Assembly: GCF_964194155.1 (NCBI RefSeq)
Contig: NC_135889.1
Location: 84,444,001-84,508,000, forward strand
DNA: 64,000 nucleotides
Reading direction: 5' to 3'
Source of the DNA: Cetorhinus maximus
Lineage: Eukaryota
Shown here one piece after another: positions 12,117-24,300 of the stretch (the stretch's first letter is position 1; each line of letters begins with the position of its first letter). The notes below the pieces were generated by a model. It searched no databases. It was not told where the DNA came from and was given only the letters and a program-made list of their open reading frames with translations. Position numbers and translations under genes: made by a program.

Positions 12117-14020
12117 TAGTCCAGTCCCTTCCCACCTACATCCGTGATTCCTATGAAACCCTACATCATATCAACAATTTCCAGTTCCCTGGCCCCAACC
12201 ACCTCCTCTTCACCGTGAACGTCCAATCCCTCTACATCTCCATCCCCCACCGGCTTGGTCTGATGGCTCTCCGCTTCTTCCTCGAACAGAGGCCCGAACA
12301 ATCCCCATCCACCACTACTCTCCTCCGTTTGGCTGAACTTGTTCTCTCACTGAACAATTTCTCCTTAGACTCCTCTCACTTCCTTCAAATAAAAGGTGTG
12401 GCTATGGGTACCCGCATGGGTCCCTTTCATGCCTGTCCCTTTATGGGGTATGTGGAACATTCCTTGTTCCAGTCCTACTCCGGCCCCCTCCCACAACTCT
12501 TTCACCAGTACATCGATGATTGCTTCGGTGCTGCTTCATGCTCTCATCTGGACCTGGAAAAATTTATTAATTTTGCTTCCAATTTCCATCCCTTCATCAT
12601 TTTCACATGGTCCATCTCTGACACTTCCCTTCCCTTCCTTGACCTCTCTATCTCAATTTCTGGTGATAGACTGTCCACCAATATTCATTACAAGCCTACT
12701 GACTCCTACAGTTACCTCGACCACAGCTCCTCACACCCCGCTTCCTTTAAGGAGTCCATCCCATTCTCTCAGTTCCTTCGCCTCCGTCGCATCTGTTCTG
12801 ATGATGCCACTTTCAAAAACAGTTCCTCTGACATGTCTTCCTTCTTCCTTAACCGAGGTTTTCCACCCACGGTGGTTGACAGGGCCCTCAACCGTGTCCG
12901 GCCCATCTCCCACGCAACCGCCCTCACACCTTCCTCTCCCTCCCAGAACCGTGATAGGGTCCCCCTTGTCCTCACTTATCACCCCACCAGCCTCCGCATT
13001 CAAAGGATCATCCTCCGCCATTTCCGCCAACTCCAGCATGATGCCACCACCAAACACATCTTCCCTTCAGCCCCCCGGCGGCATTCCGCAGGGATCGTTC
13101 CCTCCGGGACACCCTGGTCCACTCCTCCATCACCCCCTACACCTCAATCCCCTCCCAAGGCACCTTCCCATGCAACCGCAGAAGGTGCAACACCTGCCCC
13201 TTTACTTCTCCTCTCCTCACCATCCAAGGGCCCAAACACTCCTTTCAAGTGAAGCAGCATTTCACTTGCACTTCCCTCAGTTTAGTCTACTGCATTCGTT
13301 GCTCCCAATGCGGTTTCCTCTACATTGGAGAAACCAAACGCGGACTGGGTGACTGCTTTGCGGAACACCTTCAGTCTGTCCGCAAGCATGACCCAGACCT
13401 CCCTGTCGCTTGCCATTTCAACACTCCACCCTGCTCTCATGCCCACATGTCCATCCTTGGCCTGCTGCATTGTTCCAGTGAAGCTCAACGCAAACTGGAG
13501 GAACAGCACCTCATCTTCCGACTAGGCACTTTATAGCCTTCTGGACTGAATATTGAGTTCAACAATTTTAGATCATGAACTCTCTCCTCCATCCTCACCC
13601 CCTTTCCGATCCCCCTTTTTTCCAATAATTTATATAGACTTTTCTTTTCCCACCTATTTCCATTATTTTTAAATGTATTTCCATGCATTGTTTTATCTCT
13701 ACCTTTTAGCCTATTTCGATCCCTTCCCCCTACCCCACCCCCACTAGGGCTATCTGTACCTTGCTCATCCTGCTTTCTACCCTTAATGTCACCTATTATC
13801 ACATTCCTTAGATAATATCACCACCTTCAACACCTCTTTGTCCTTTTGTCTATGACATCTTTTGGCTATCTCCACCTATCACTGGCCCTCTTTCCAGCTT
13901 TACTTGTCCCACCCCCCTTAAACCAGCTTATATTTCACCTCTTTTCTATTTTTCCTTAGTTCTGTTGAAGAGTCATATGGACTCGAAACGTTAACTGTGC
14001 TCCTCTCCGCAGATGCTGTC
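12117..14020 (+). mobile_element. Penelope-like retroelement, 5'-truncated (RT + GIY-YIG endonuclease + 3' repeat)
   Basis: ORF 12215-13252 has SLYISIPH, QIKGVAMGTRMGP, YIDDCF, LPFLD and YKPTDS. ORF 13249-13536 has VYCIRCSQCGFLYIGETKR (GIY-YIG) and HFN...EQHLIFRLGTL. Frameshift and stop present. Confidence 0.93.
13958..13996 (+). ncRNA. Minimal type I hammerhead ribozyme-like motif in the Penelope 3' repeat
   Basis: AGTT-CTGTTGA-A-GAGTC(ATATG)GACTC-GAAA-CG-TT-AACT: stem I, variant core, 5-bp stem II, GAAA and palindromic ACGT in helix III. Confidence 0.6.
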
Positions 14021-17000
14021 ATTGTCGTGTGGGTCATGGCGATGTCCTCTGTGGTGGAGGATGAGCATTCCTATGACTAGAATGAGATTTAGTGGTATAC
14101 TCACCTCTGTGTTTCGCTGTCAGCAATAGACGGCTGATACCAGGTTCCAGCATCTTTTGTGGCTTTGGCATGCTGGCTGGGAGTTGAGGTGTATGTTCAT
14201 TGGTTGCAGTGTTGACCTGCTGTACCATCGTCGGAGCTGGAGGTTGAGGCTCATCAGACTACTGACTGCTCTTTTTCACATCCTCCAATGGAGGTATCGT
14301 GGTTACCTCCTGGGTGGTTGGCTGGTCTGACCATTGAAGGTTTTCCGGCACTTGTAACGAGAATGGATAAACCTGCTCCGCAAAGAGAGAAGACAGTTCA
14401 GAGCTGAAGTCCCAGTTAGGATACTCTGAGTACTCAGGAACTTGCAGTTCTGTATGATTAACGACAGTGGTTGTCTTTACAGCTTCTGCTGTTTTAAAGA
14501 GATCTAGGTATCTCTGCTCAAGCGATAGAAAGGCTGGTCATGGATGATGTACATCAGCTCGAAGATTTGTTTGCTGCCAGACATTGGTGGTTCCAGAATC
14601 ATGCCTATGACTGGAAGTCAGATTCCTCCAGGTCCGTAGAGTGCTGTGTCTGTTGTTTGAAGCCAGAGGTCTTTTAGCCATGGTTCTTAGTACAACAGGA
14701 CTATTACGCAGGCTCCTGTGTCTGATTTAAAATTTGGTAAATGGCTATTGACTGAAATGTCCACATCCCAAAATGAGAAAATAAGATCTTTGACCTCACC
14801 CAAGAAGCATGTTGTGTCTTCCAGGCTGGCAATCTCGACCTCGTGGATGATCTTTGGGTCTTCTGTGCATTTCAGCTCTGGCTGGTAAAAGTAGGGAAAA
14901 TCCCAAGATATTCTATTAGTATATCAATGGGAAGAGGATAACCAGGGAAAGATTAGGGCCCAAAAGGGACCAAGGGGGCAATCTATGGGTGGAGCCAGAG
15001 GACATCACTAGAGTGTTGACTGAATACTTCACATCTGTCTTCACCCAAGAGAGTGAGGATGAAGGTATCGATCTCGGGGAGAGAGACTGTGAGGTTCTTA
15101 AGCAAATTGATATAGGGAGTGACAAGGTATTGGAGGTGTTGGCAGGCTTAAAAGTGGACAAATCTCCAGGTCTGGATGATTTGTGTCCTAGACTGCTGAG
15201 GAGATTGCAGGGGTCCTGACCCAAATTTTTAATTCCTCTCTGGCCACAGGGGAGGTGCCAGAGGACTGGAGAACAGCTAATGTGGTTCTGCTATTTAAGA
15301 AGGGTTGTAGAGATAAGCCAGGGAACTACAGGCCAGTGAGTCTCACGTCAGTGGTAGGGAGACTATTGGAGAAAATTCTGAAGGAGAAAATCTATCTCCA
15401 CTTGGAGATGCAAGGTTTTATCAGGGATAGTCAGCATGGCTTTGTCAGAGGGAGGTCAGCCCTAACAAATTTGGTTGAATTTTTTGAGAAGGTGACCAGG
15501 TGTGTAAATGAGGGTAATGCAGATGATGTAGTTTATATGGATTTCAGCAAAGCCTTTGACAAGGTCCCACATGGGAGACTTATAAAGAAGGCAAATGCAC
15601 ATGGGATACAGGGTAATGTGATAAGGTGGATTCAAAATTGGCTTAGTTGTAGGAGACTGAGGGTGATGACAGAAGGCAGCTTTAGTGACTGGAAGCCAGT
15701 GTCCAGTGGCATACCACAGGGTAACCTATTATTTGTCATTTATATAAACGACATAGATGACTATGTGGCGGGTAGGATTAGTAAGTTTGCGGATGACATA
15801 AAGATTGGCCGGGTGGTTAATAGTGAGGTTGAGTGTCTTGGGCAATAGGAAGATATAGACGGGATGGTCAAATGGGCAGATAAGTGGCAGATGGAATTTA
15901 ACGCTGAAAAGTGTGAGGTGATACACTTTGGAAGGAGTAATTTGACAAGGAAGTATTCAATGAACGACATGACACTAGGAAGTTCTGAGGACCAAAGAGA
16001 CCTTGGCGTGTGCGTCCATAGATCCCTGAAGGTGGAGGGGCATGTTAGTGGAGTGGTGAAAAAGGCAAATGGGACACTTGCCTTTATCAACCGAGGCATA
16101 GATTACAAAAGTAGGAAGGTCATGTTGGAGTTGTATAGAACCTTGATGAGGCCACAGCTGGAATGCTGTGTGCAATTCTGGTCGCCACATTATAGGAAGG
16201 ATGTGACTGCACTGAAGGGGGTGCAGAGGAGATTCACCAGGATGTTGCCTGGGATGAAACATTTAAGTTATGAAGAGAGGTTGGATAGCCTTGGGTTGTT
16301 TTTGTTGGAGCAGAGAAGACTGAGGGGCGACCTGATCGAGGTGTACAAGATTATGAGGGGCATGGACAGGGTGGATAGGGAGCAGCTGTTCCCCTTAGTT
16401 GAAGGGTCAGTCACAAGGGGACATAAGTTCATGGTGAGTGGCAGTAGGTTTAGGGGGGATGTGAGGAAAAACTTTTTTTACCCAGAGGGTGGTGACGGTC
16501 TGGAATGCACTGCCTGGGAGGGTGGTGGAGGTGGGTTGCCTCACATCCTTTAAAAAGTACTTGGATGAGCACTTGGCACGTCATAACATTCAAGGCTATG
16601 GGCCAAGTGCTGGTAAATGGGATTAGGTAGGTGTTTCTCACGTGTCGGTGCAGACTCGATGGGCCGAAGGGCCTCTTCTGCACTGTGTGATTCTGTGATT
16701 CTTTTCAGGTCAGAATGCTTTGTTAAATTTTTTCTCAGTCTTGCAGCATTTTAGTTTTTCTCCACATTTTCTGCTAGGTTTTAGGTTTTTGCACAAGCTG
16801 CCATCATATTGTAGGGTGTTGGTTACAGTTCAGTCGGTCTGAAGAAGTCTTCATAGTCATATGTAGGTTAACTGTCAGTCTTTATTGACTCTTAGAATTA
16901 TTTACAAATACACAGTAAAGGGTATAAGATAGGAGCTGTCTCCATGCTTGCTGGTACACACAGCTCTGTCCAACACTAGACTGACCCTGGGTGTGGGTCA

Positions 17001-17067
17001 CGTGATCTCTTACATCACTGTATGGGCAACACTGTCCTCAGTCCCACAGTGACCCTGTTATGTACCA
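14021..17067 (-). mobile_element. Decayed, internally deleted Gypsy-type LTR retrotransposon interrupted by a CR1 insertion
   Basis: Minus-strand translation near 14560-14860 gives IHEVE...FLGEV...FWDVDISVNSHLPNFKSDTGACVIV...LYGPGG (aspartic protease DTGA motif). Putative 5' LTR at ~16813-17067 has AATAAA (~16880), ends ..ccctaca and is followed by PBS-like tgatggcagc. Confidence 0.6.
14885..16701 (+). mobile_element. CR1 LINE (HER1-like), 5'-truncated, relatively young
   Basis: ORFs with DKSPGLDD, PGNYRPVSLTS, SQHGF, DFSKAFDKVPH, KFADD, WQMEFNAEKCEVIHFG and RRLRGDLIEVYKI; 3' end gactcgatgggccgaagggcctcttctgcactgtgtgattctgtgattct. Confidence 0.93.
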
Positions 17068-18099
17068 GACCCTTGTTCCCTTTAGAAAGTATCCTGTATG
17101 CCTTCTTAATCATCTTCTGCACATGCCCTGTAACCTTCAATGACCTATGAACATGCACTTCAAGGTTTCTCTGTTCCTCTGCACTTAAGTATTCTACCAT
17201 TTATTGTGTATTCCCTTGTCTTGTTTGCCCTCCCCAAATGCATTACCTGACAACTAATACAAATGTAATATTATGAGATTACTGTCTACTGTTTGTGTGG
17301 ATACGGTTGCTTCATAACTGGAACTGACATGTGAGCACTGAAAACACAATGATTTCCAATTTTCTACTTAACGGCTTTGGAAGATACAATACATTTTGGT
17401 GCTAATTTCTGGGCAACATTCCCTTTCTGAGATCGTATATGGCTATCAGGTGAATATGCTCTGCTGACCTTCACGATCTTAAGTTCATATATGAAGGATG
17501 GCAACGTCAGCAGGATAACAGATGGTGATTAATACCTGTGGGATAGTGCTTAGGGTGAGGTTGAAACAATAAAAAAAATTAAAGGGGAATTTATTCAGAA
17601 ATACACATTCTATTCTCATACATGACAATACGTTGTGCACTAGACAAAATATTCTTTATTATTTGAAAACAAAATTATTTCTCCTGAATTTGCTTTTTAA
17701 TTGAGTAACATAATTTAATATGTAGTGGTAAATTTCCCAGACCTGTCAGAAGATGGTTTTTGTTTCACAGAATTTACAGCAATGGAACAGGTCATTTGGT
17801 CCAGCGTTAGATCAAAAAAGGGAAACCTAAAGTGACTTGCCCCTTTTAGAGATGATCATTTTCTGATTTTCATTGTAGGACCGAAAACAATGGCGACAAT
17901 ATAGGCTGGGTGTCCTGGCTACTATGCATGAAGCCTGCAATGATTACGCGGGTACTGTCCATTTGAATTTACATCTTCACTGCATTGAAAAATGCAGAAT
18001 AATTTAACGTGTCATGTTTAATTCATCCGCGATGAAATAAATCCAAATATTGGAAAATATTTCAGATCAGAGAAAACACTGAGAAGTGGCGTTCGATGA

Positions 18100-18330
18100 G
18101 GTTGGGTTATGAATGAGAAAAACCTCCTCTTCTGGGCAGTGACCGCAGTGCAATGTGAATATGATTGTATGATCGACAGAGCCACAAGCCAATCACTGGC
18201 TACGGGAAAGGTAGCAAGGAAGTTACAACATCTGCAACGATTTCAACCTCGCCGTGTAGATCTAGAAACACCCTGAAAAGGTCAGGTGAAACTCAACTAT
18301 TCCTAAATTGTCTGGTATAACAACACTGAC
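18100..18330 (+). promoter_or_regulatory. Proximal promoter/5'UTR of the GPD1-family gene
   Basis: CCAAT (agccaatca) at 18189-18193, ~140 nt upstream of the ATG, in locally CpG-containing unique sequence. The TSS cannot be determined. Confidence 0.4.
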
Positions 18331-18374
18331 ATGCCTGATCGCAAGAAGATCTGCATCGTTGGATCCGGCAACTG
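18331..18374 (+). CDS. gpd1c: GPD1-family exon 1 ([15 protein letters not shown])
   Basis: ATG at 18331; donor TG|gtatgt, phase 2. Confidence 0.93.
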
Positions 18375-21300
18375 GTATGTTGGACACTCGTTAAATTTGT
18401 TCCTTTTGGATGTTGTTAGTGTTGTCCCGTTTAAAAGGGAGGATGCTTGGTTCTTCACTCCAGCATCTGGTGATTGCTAATTGTAGAATGTAAATCCGTT
18501 ACTACCCCGAGCAGTTTGGAACACGGATACCTTCAGCGCTGCCAGAAAATTCAACAGGCTTCAACAGGGAACACCAAGAAAAGAAATAATATTTTCTCTA
18601 GTCACTGGTAACAGCTAAACGATATTAGATCATGAATTGTATACACTGCTACTGACGAATCTTCATTAGTGACGATCCAGTCATTAAATTTTAATCCCAA
18701 TTTCCTGACATTGTACCTCGATTCTCATATGGGCATTTTTAAAAAAAAAAAATCTTTTTTTTTAGTATGTTTGAAAAACGTTATCCCAATGTTGACGAGG
18801 GGTCTGTCTGGACACAGGAGATAAGGAGAAACTGTTTCCATTTGGTAGTAGGGTTGAGAACCAGAGGACACCAGTTTAAGGTGAATGGCAAAAGAAAGCG
18901 AAGGTGGCATGAGGAAAAACTTTTTTATACAGAGGATTAGGGTCTGGAATGCACTGCCAGAGAATGTGGTGATGCCAGATTCAATAGTGGCTTTTGAAAG
19001 GGTGTTGGATAATTATCTGAAGAGAAAAAAGTGCAGGACTACATGCAAAAGGCAGGGGAGTGTGACTAGCTGAGTTGCCCTTACAGAGAGCTGGCATGGA
19101 CACAAAGGGCTGAACACCCTTCCTCCGTGCTGCGATCATTTTATGATTGTATTCTATAACACCATTATTTATGTTATAACGTCACTGGCCCCAAATTTCC
19201 ATGTTTTTAATCCAGGGCAGGGCCTAAAATAGGAACAGTCACATTTTCTGACCAGAAAAATCAGTTTCCTACATCGCAACAGTGACTATGCTTCAAAAGT
19301 ATGTCATTGGCTGTAAAACACTTTGGGACATCTGGTGGTCATGAAAAGTGTTAAATTAAATGCAAGTCTTTCTTTTGCAAACCCCTCTCCTAACTATACT
19401 TCAGTTCTGTTGAAGGGTCGTGTGGACCCGAAACGTTGACTCTTTTCTTCTCCACCGATGCTGCCAGACCTGCCGAGTTTTTCCAGGTAATTCTGTTTTT
19501 GTTTTCTTTTGCAAAAGCTGTTTCTGCCAGTTTGCTGGCCCAAAATAAAACTGCTGAGATTAATGATTATTATTTGGTCACCAGGTCCTTGCGCACTTGA
19601 TTTACATACATTTAGATGAGGGACAGTGGTGCTGGTGTCTTGAATTTTCAGGAGTTATGCTCACATTATGCCAAATTAGATGAAGAAACACAAGCCACAC
19701 CAGGATATCTGTGACTGGTGCAAGTGAGGACCTTTTGAGCCTGAATACTGTTGAAGGTTTATGCACCAATTACTGCAACTGGGAATTAATTTTTTCAATG
19801 TCTTACTTTTATTTTGAGCCTTGACACCATTGTACTTGCCCCTGATTGCCAGGAGGATTATGAGAACACTGGAACTCTCTCTTACAGAGAGAGGGACAAA
19901 TGTGGGATTGTCTTTGCATGCCATTGCCATGCAACAGAGAATGTAGGAAAACTGCGTGAGGCAAAATTTATCTTCAACTAGTAGCCTCGCTCCCTTTCAT
20001 GAGGCAATAAGAGAGCTGTGGTGAAGGTTAAAACCAAACTCATCCTTCGTGGCCCTGAGCCAATTCAGACAGGCAAGGGATGCCTGTTTAGTATTGCGCA
20101 GGATATTTGGCAAATGACTGACATAAGTGCTGGAGGATCCATACAGTTTAGTCTCACCACAAAGCATGAATAATATAGTGCCACCCAATTTTACGGGATT
20201 GCTGGCTTTCCCAAGGTACAGCTTGCAGTAGAAGACATCTACATTCTTTACGGCCAGAATTTTTAGCTCAGCATGCGGGCACGTGCCTGACACGTCTGAG
20301 CGTGAAATAAAGTGTGTTGACGTCGGCCAAGCGTGCTAACGTCAACACGCACTTTCGCGATATTTTGGTAGGTGGGCGCGTGATGAAGACAGAGGCGCAC
20401 CTGCTATTAATTTAGTGGCCAGTTAAGGCCCTTGAGACACCAATTGTCTTGGACTTTACGTAGCCTATGTGATTTTCAGGCTGTTGCACAGGCTAAACAG
20501 GCAGGCAGGGCAGGCCACAATTTCATAAAACTCATCCACGGGCGGGATAAGAGGGGTCAGTGGGTTTGTAAATGCGAGTAGTTTGTAGTTTAGGATATAA
20601 CTTGCTGCTGGTTGCTTGTGTGAACAGGACATCTTCATTTTGCTTCAGAGCTGCTTTGACAGAAATAAGAGGCTTCAGTTCAGGACTCAGTGTTGTTTTC
20701 CAGGCCCCCAGAGGACTCTTGCCACTTGGGGCATTCCAGGTTTCAAGACAGTCTTCCCTTACCCTGGTAACGGGGATTGTGGTCTCCACTGGAGGCACAT
20801 CCTCTGAGGAAAAAGAGAGAGCCAGAAGGGGGAGGATGCCAGGTGTCCCTATTCACCCACCAGGGGAGCGATCTTTGGGAGGAGAGGCACAGGCACAAGG
20901 GGCGCAGGGCCAACAAGAAGTCCAAGGTGGAAGGTGCCGCAGAAGACGCCCCTATCCTGCTGCCAGGGTTTACAGGCTACAATGCAGCTACCTCAGTATG
21001 TCTAAGGTGCAGTGCCGAAGGAGGCTCCGTCTCTCAAGGGAGACAGTGACCTCCATTTGTCAGAGGATCGGCCCTGAGATCAGCTCCGATTGTGTGGGTG
21101 GACACCCCATGCCAGTGGCGCTGAAGGTCACGGTTGCCCTCAACTTCTATGCCTCCGGCTTCTTCGAGGGCTCAGTGGTGGAACTGTTTGGAGTCTCCCA
21201 ATCAGCTGTCCACAGTTGCGTCAAGCTGGTGACAGACACTCTGTTCAGGCATGCATTGACTTTCATTCACTATAGTACGGATGAGGCCAGCCAGGCAGAG

Positions 21301-24300
21301 CGAGCCAGAGGCTTTGCAGCGATTGCTGGGTTTCCCCCATCCAGGGTGCAATCGAATGCACACGACCATCAAGGTGCCATGGGTGAGCTGGGTGCCTTCG
21401 TCAACAGGAAGGGATTCTATTCCATGAACATGCAGATAGTGTGTGATCACAAGATGCAGATTCTGCAAGTCTGTGCAAGGTACCCTGGCAGCTCCCATGA
21501 CGCTTACATCCTGAGACACTCCCAGGTGCTGGGGCTCTTCAGTGCTCTACCCCGACTGGATGGATGGCTGCTGGGTGACAAGGGCAATCCCTTCAAAAAG
21601 TGCCTCTCCGCCACCCAAGAACAGAGGCCAAGCAGCGGTACAACTGGAGCCACGCCTCCACAAGGGCTGTGGTAGAGAGAACTATTGGTCTTCTCAAGAT
21701 GCGCTTCCGATGTCTGGACCGTTTAGGGGGCGCATTCCATTACCCCCCAGATTGTGTGTCACTGATAATGGTTGCATGCTGTGCTCTACGCAATCTGGCA
21801 CTGGAAAGGGGGGATGCAGTGTAGGAAGAAGATCTTGACGCAGCTACACAGGCAACAGACGATGAGTCCAGTAGTGAGTCCAAGGATGAGCACGGTCAGG
21901 AGAACGCTGAGGGCACAGACACTGACCTGGGCAACCTCCATGGAGCAGGAATACGCAGGACACTTTGATCCAATGCTCCCTCGGCTAGCCTACCAAATAA
22001 GAGCCACCACCACATGCCAGGGTTGCAGGCTCCATACTCGATCCCTGACAGGATCAGTTCCTTGGTCAACAACATAAACTTTATTGAAATGGCACATAGT
22101 GTAAAGAGAAACACGTCCATCATAACATCATGGCTTACCCGGCACCTGCAGAACGAATGAAGCATCCAGAGGCCAATTGCACAAAAACACACTTAATTAA
22201 CTGATGCCTGGCAAACGTTATACAAATTAACATTGACGGGTGTTTTCCATCACACCAATAAACACTGAACGGAAAAATGGGGGAAACAAATATCAGGCCA
22301 TGTTGTGATTAAGGTGCTTTAAGTTTTCACTTGGGGTTGCTACGTCTTGGTGCTCCTCTTTCACTGGCACCGGCATTGGAGACAGCCTGCTCACTCTGCT
22401 GTCCTGTTGGCTTTGATAATTTTGGCGGACGTCCTCTGGCCTGTGGAGCCTGTGCTGGCCCCGCCTGGGAGGGAGTGACCAGTGCAATGCCTGGCATCTC
22501 CCCAGTCATAGCAGCCTCATCGGATGCCACAGTCACTGGCAGAGGGGCGGAGGAGCTGCTGCCTCGTCTGGAGCGCCCTGAGAGGAAGCTGCAGAGACAA
22601 CAGGCAGCTCGTGCGCCAACATGAGGTCACTCTGGGCCTTCCTGCTCACCATTGATAAACGGGCACCTAGCTGGGATACTGGGTGTCCAATCTATCTCCC
22701 ACACTGACACTGACCACCTGAGGACATTGCCAGTGTGAGGGCTTGCAGGTCAGAGCGCACCCCCAGGAACCCCTGATTCAGTTCTTGGAGGAGTCTCTTC
22801 ATGAGAGTCACCACTCTCTCCATGGAGGAGGCATTGTGCTCAGCCATGAGGATCAACGCATTGCTCACGCTCTGCAAGGACTTCTCCATGACGGTGACCA
22901 TGGCACGCATTCCCTCATGTATCTCTGCCAGATCCTCCCGCACACCCTGCTGGAGGTCCAGCATCTGCTACCTCATGGATGACTGCAGAGGACATCATCA
23001 GCCATCGATTGAGCATTGTCTTGGTTCTCAGCAGTCCTCTGACTGCTGGTGCCCTGGGCACTCTCTGCCTTCACCTGCACCTCAAGCAAGCGTGAAGTGC
23101 CCTCACCAATGTGCACCATGATAGTAGCCGGCGATCTAATGCCCACCAAGGTGCTGGTATCTGTGCTGGTGCCTGCTTGAGAGAGCGGGTGTGATGCAGG
23201 TGCGTTCTGATCAGTGTGGTCCTCAGGGGTCAGGCCCCTCATCCCAAAGGGCTGCTGGTGAGCTTAAAAGTAAGAACAAGGACATGTCATTAGTTGAAGT
23301 CATCATACTGTTACTGTGCATGTCTGGCAGCCTCATGAGACAGAGATATGCATCAGGGTGCCCTAGTCTTTCCATTAACAATGGGGATTCCAGGTTTGAG
23401 GCTCACATCAATATAGAGACTACACTGGAATGGTTGCAATTACCGACATTCTCACCTCAGCACACTGCACTCTTACCTCCCTGTTGCACCCCAACCTCAC
23501 CGTGGCCGCTTGACCTAGGTGTATGCACCTCTTCAGCTCCAGGGCCTCCTGCTCATACCAAGTGAGGATTAGTCGGTGTTATGGAATGTTTTCCCCTGAA
23601 AGGACAGAGGAGCATTGATTAGTAGCGCCATTGCAGCCTGGCCAACCCCACCTGAGGAAGACCTCACAGGGCTCAGCCAATTCGTGACCCTGGAGCCGCA
23701 AGGCACTTGTCCAAGCAGCTAGAGCTCACCCCCTTGCGCAGATGCTGCCTCATTGACATTTGGCACTCACACTCTAACACCCCTGAGGTCCACAGAGGGG
23801 ATGGGCAGCTCTTAACCGCTCTGCAAAGTGACCCATGGCAACACGGTACCACCCTTCCCTTTCGCAGGGGATCGTTGAAGCGCTTCCGGCACTGTTCCCA
23901 TGTGCGCCTCACCACATCGTGGCTGCTAACCCTGGATGCCATCTCCACCCAGGCCTTTTTGGTGAGGTGGGAGGTCGGTTTGGGTGGGGTGGGGGGGGGG
24001 GGGGGGGGGGGGGGGGGGCTCCTCCTCCCATCCCTGGGGACAAGCATTTCTCTCCCCGCTGCCACCTCCTCCAGGAGGGCAGCGAGGCACTCATCGGAGA
24101 AACGCGAGGCCAAATGCCCCTCCGACCTGCCCTCCTGCCTGTGTTGTCCGCCCGTAACACTGTCCACCACGACTTCCACGGTGGGCTCAGGGATGATTGC
24201 TCTCAAGAGGCTCATTAATGAGCCTAACCTGCGTCGGGCCCATCCCTCCAGCCACTAAATGCAGGACAGTTTTCCCACCGCTGGGAACTGGACACAGTGC

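Noticed and set aside
12396-13352. 318-aa Pro/Ser-rich ORF overlapping the Penelope RT
   Set aside because: Alternative frame of a C-rich element strand that is poor in stop codons; no independent evidence.
20572-21824. Possible domesticated HARBI1 host gene
   Set aside because: Frameshifts, loss of the first catalytic Asp motif, flanking TIRs and a paired Myb gene mark it as a decayed transposon.
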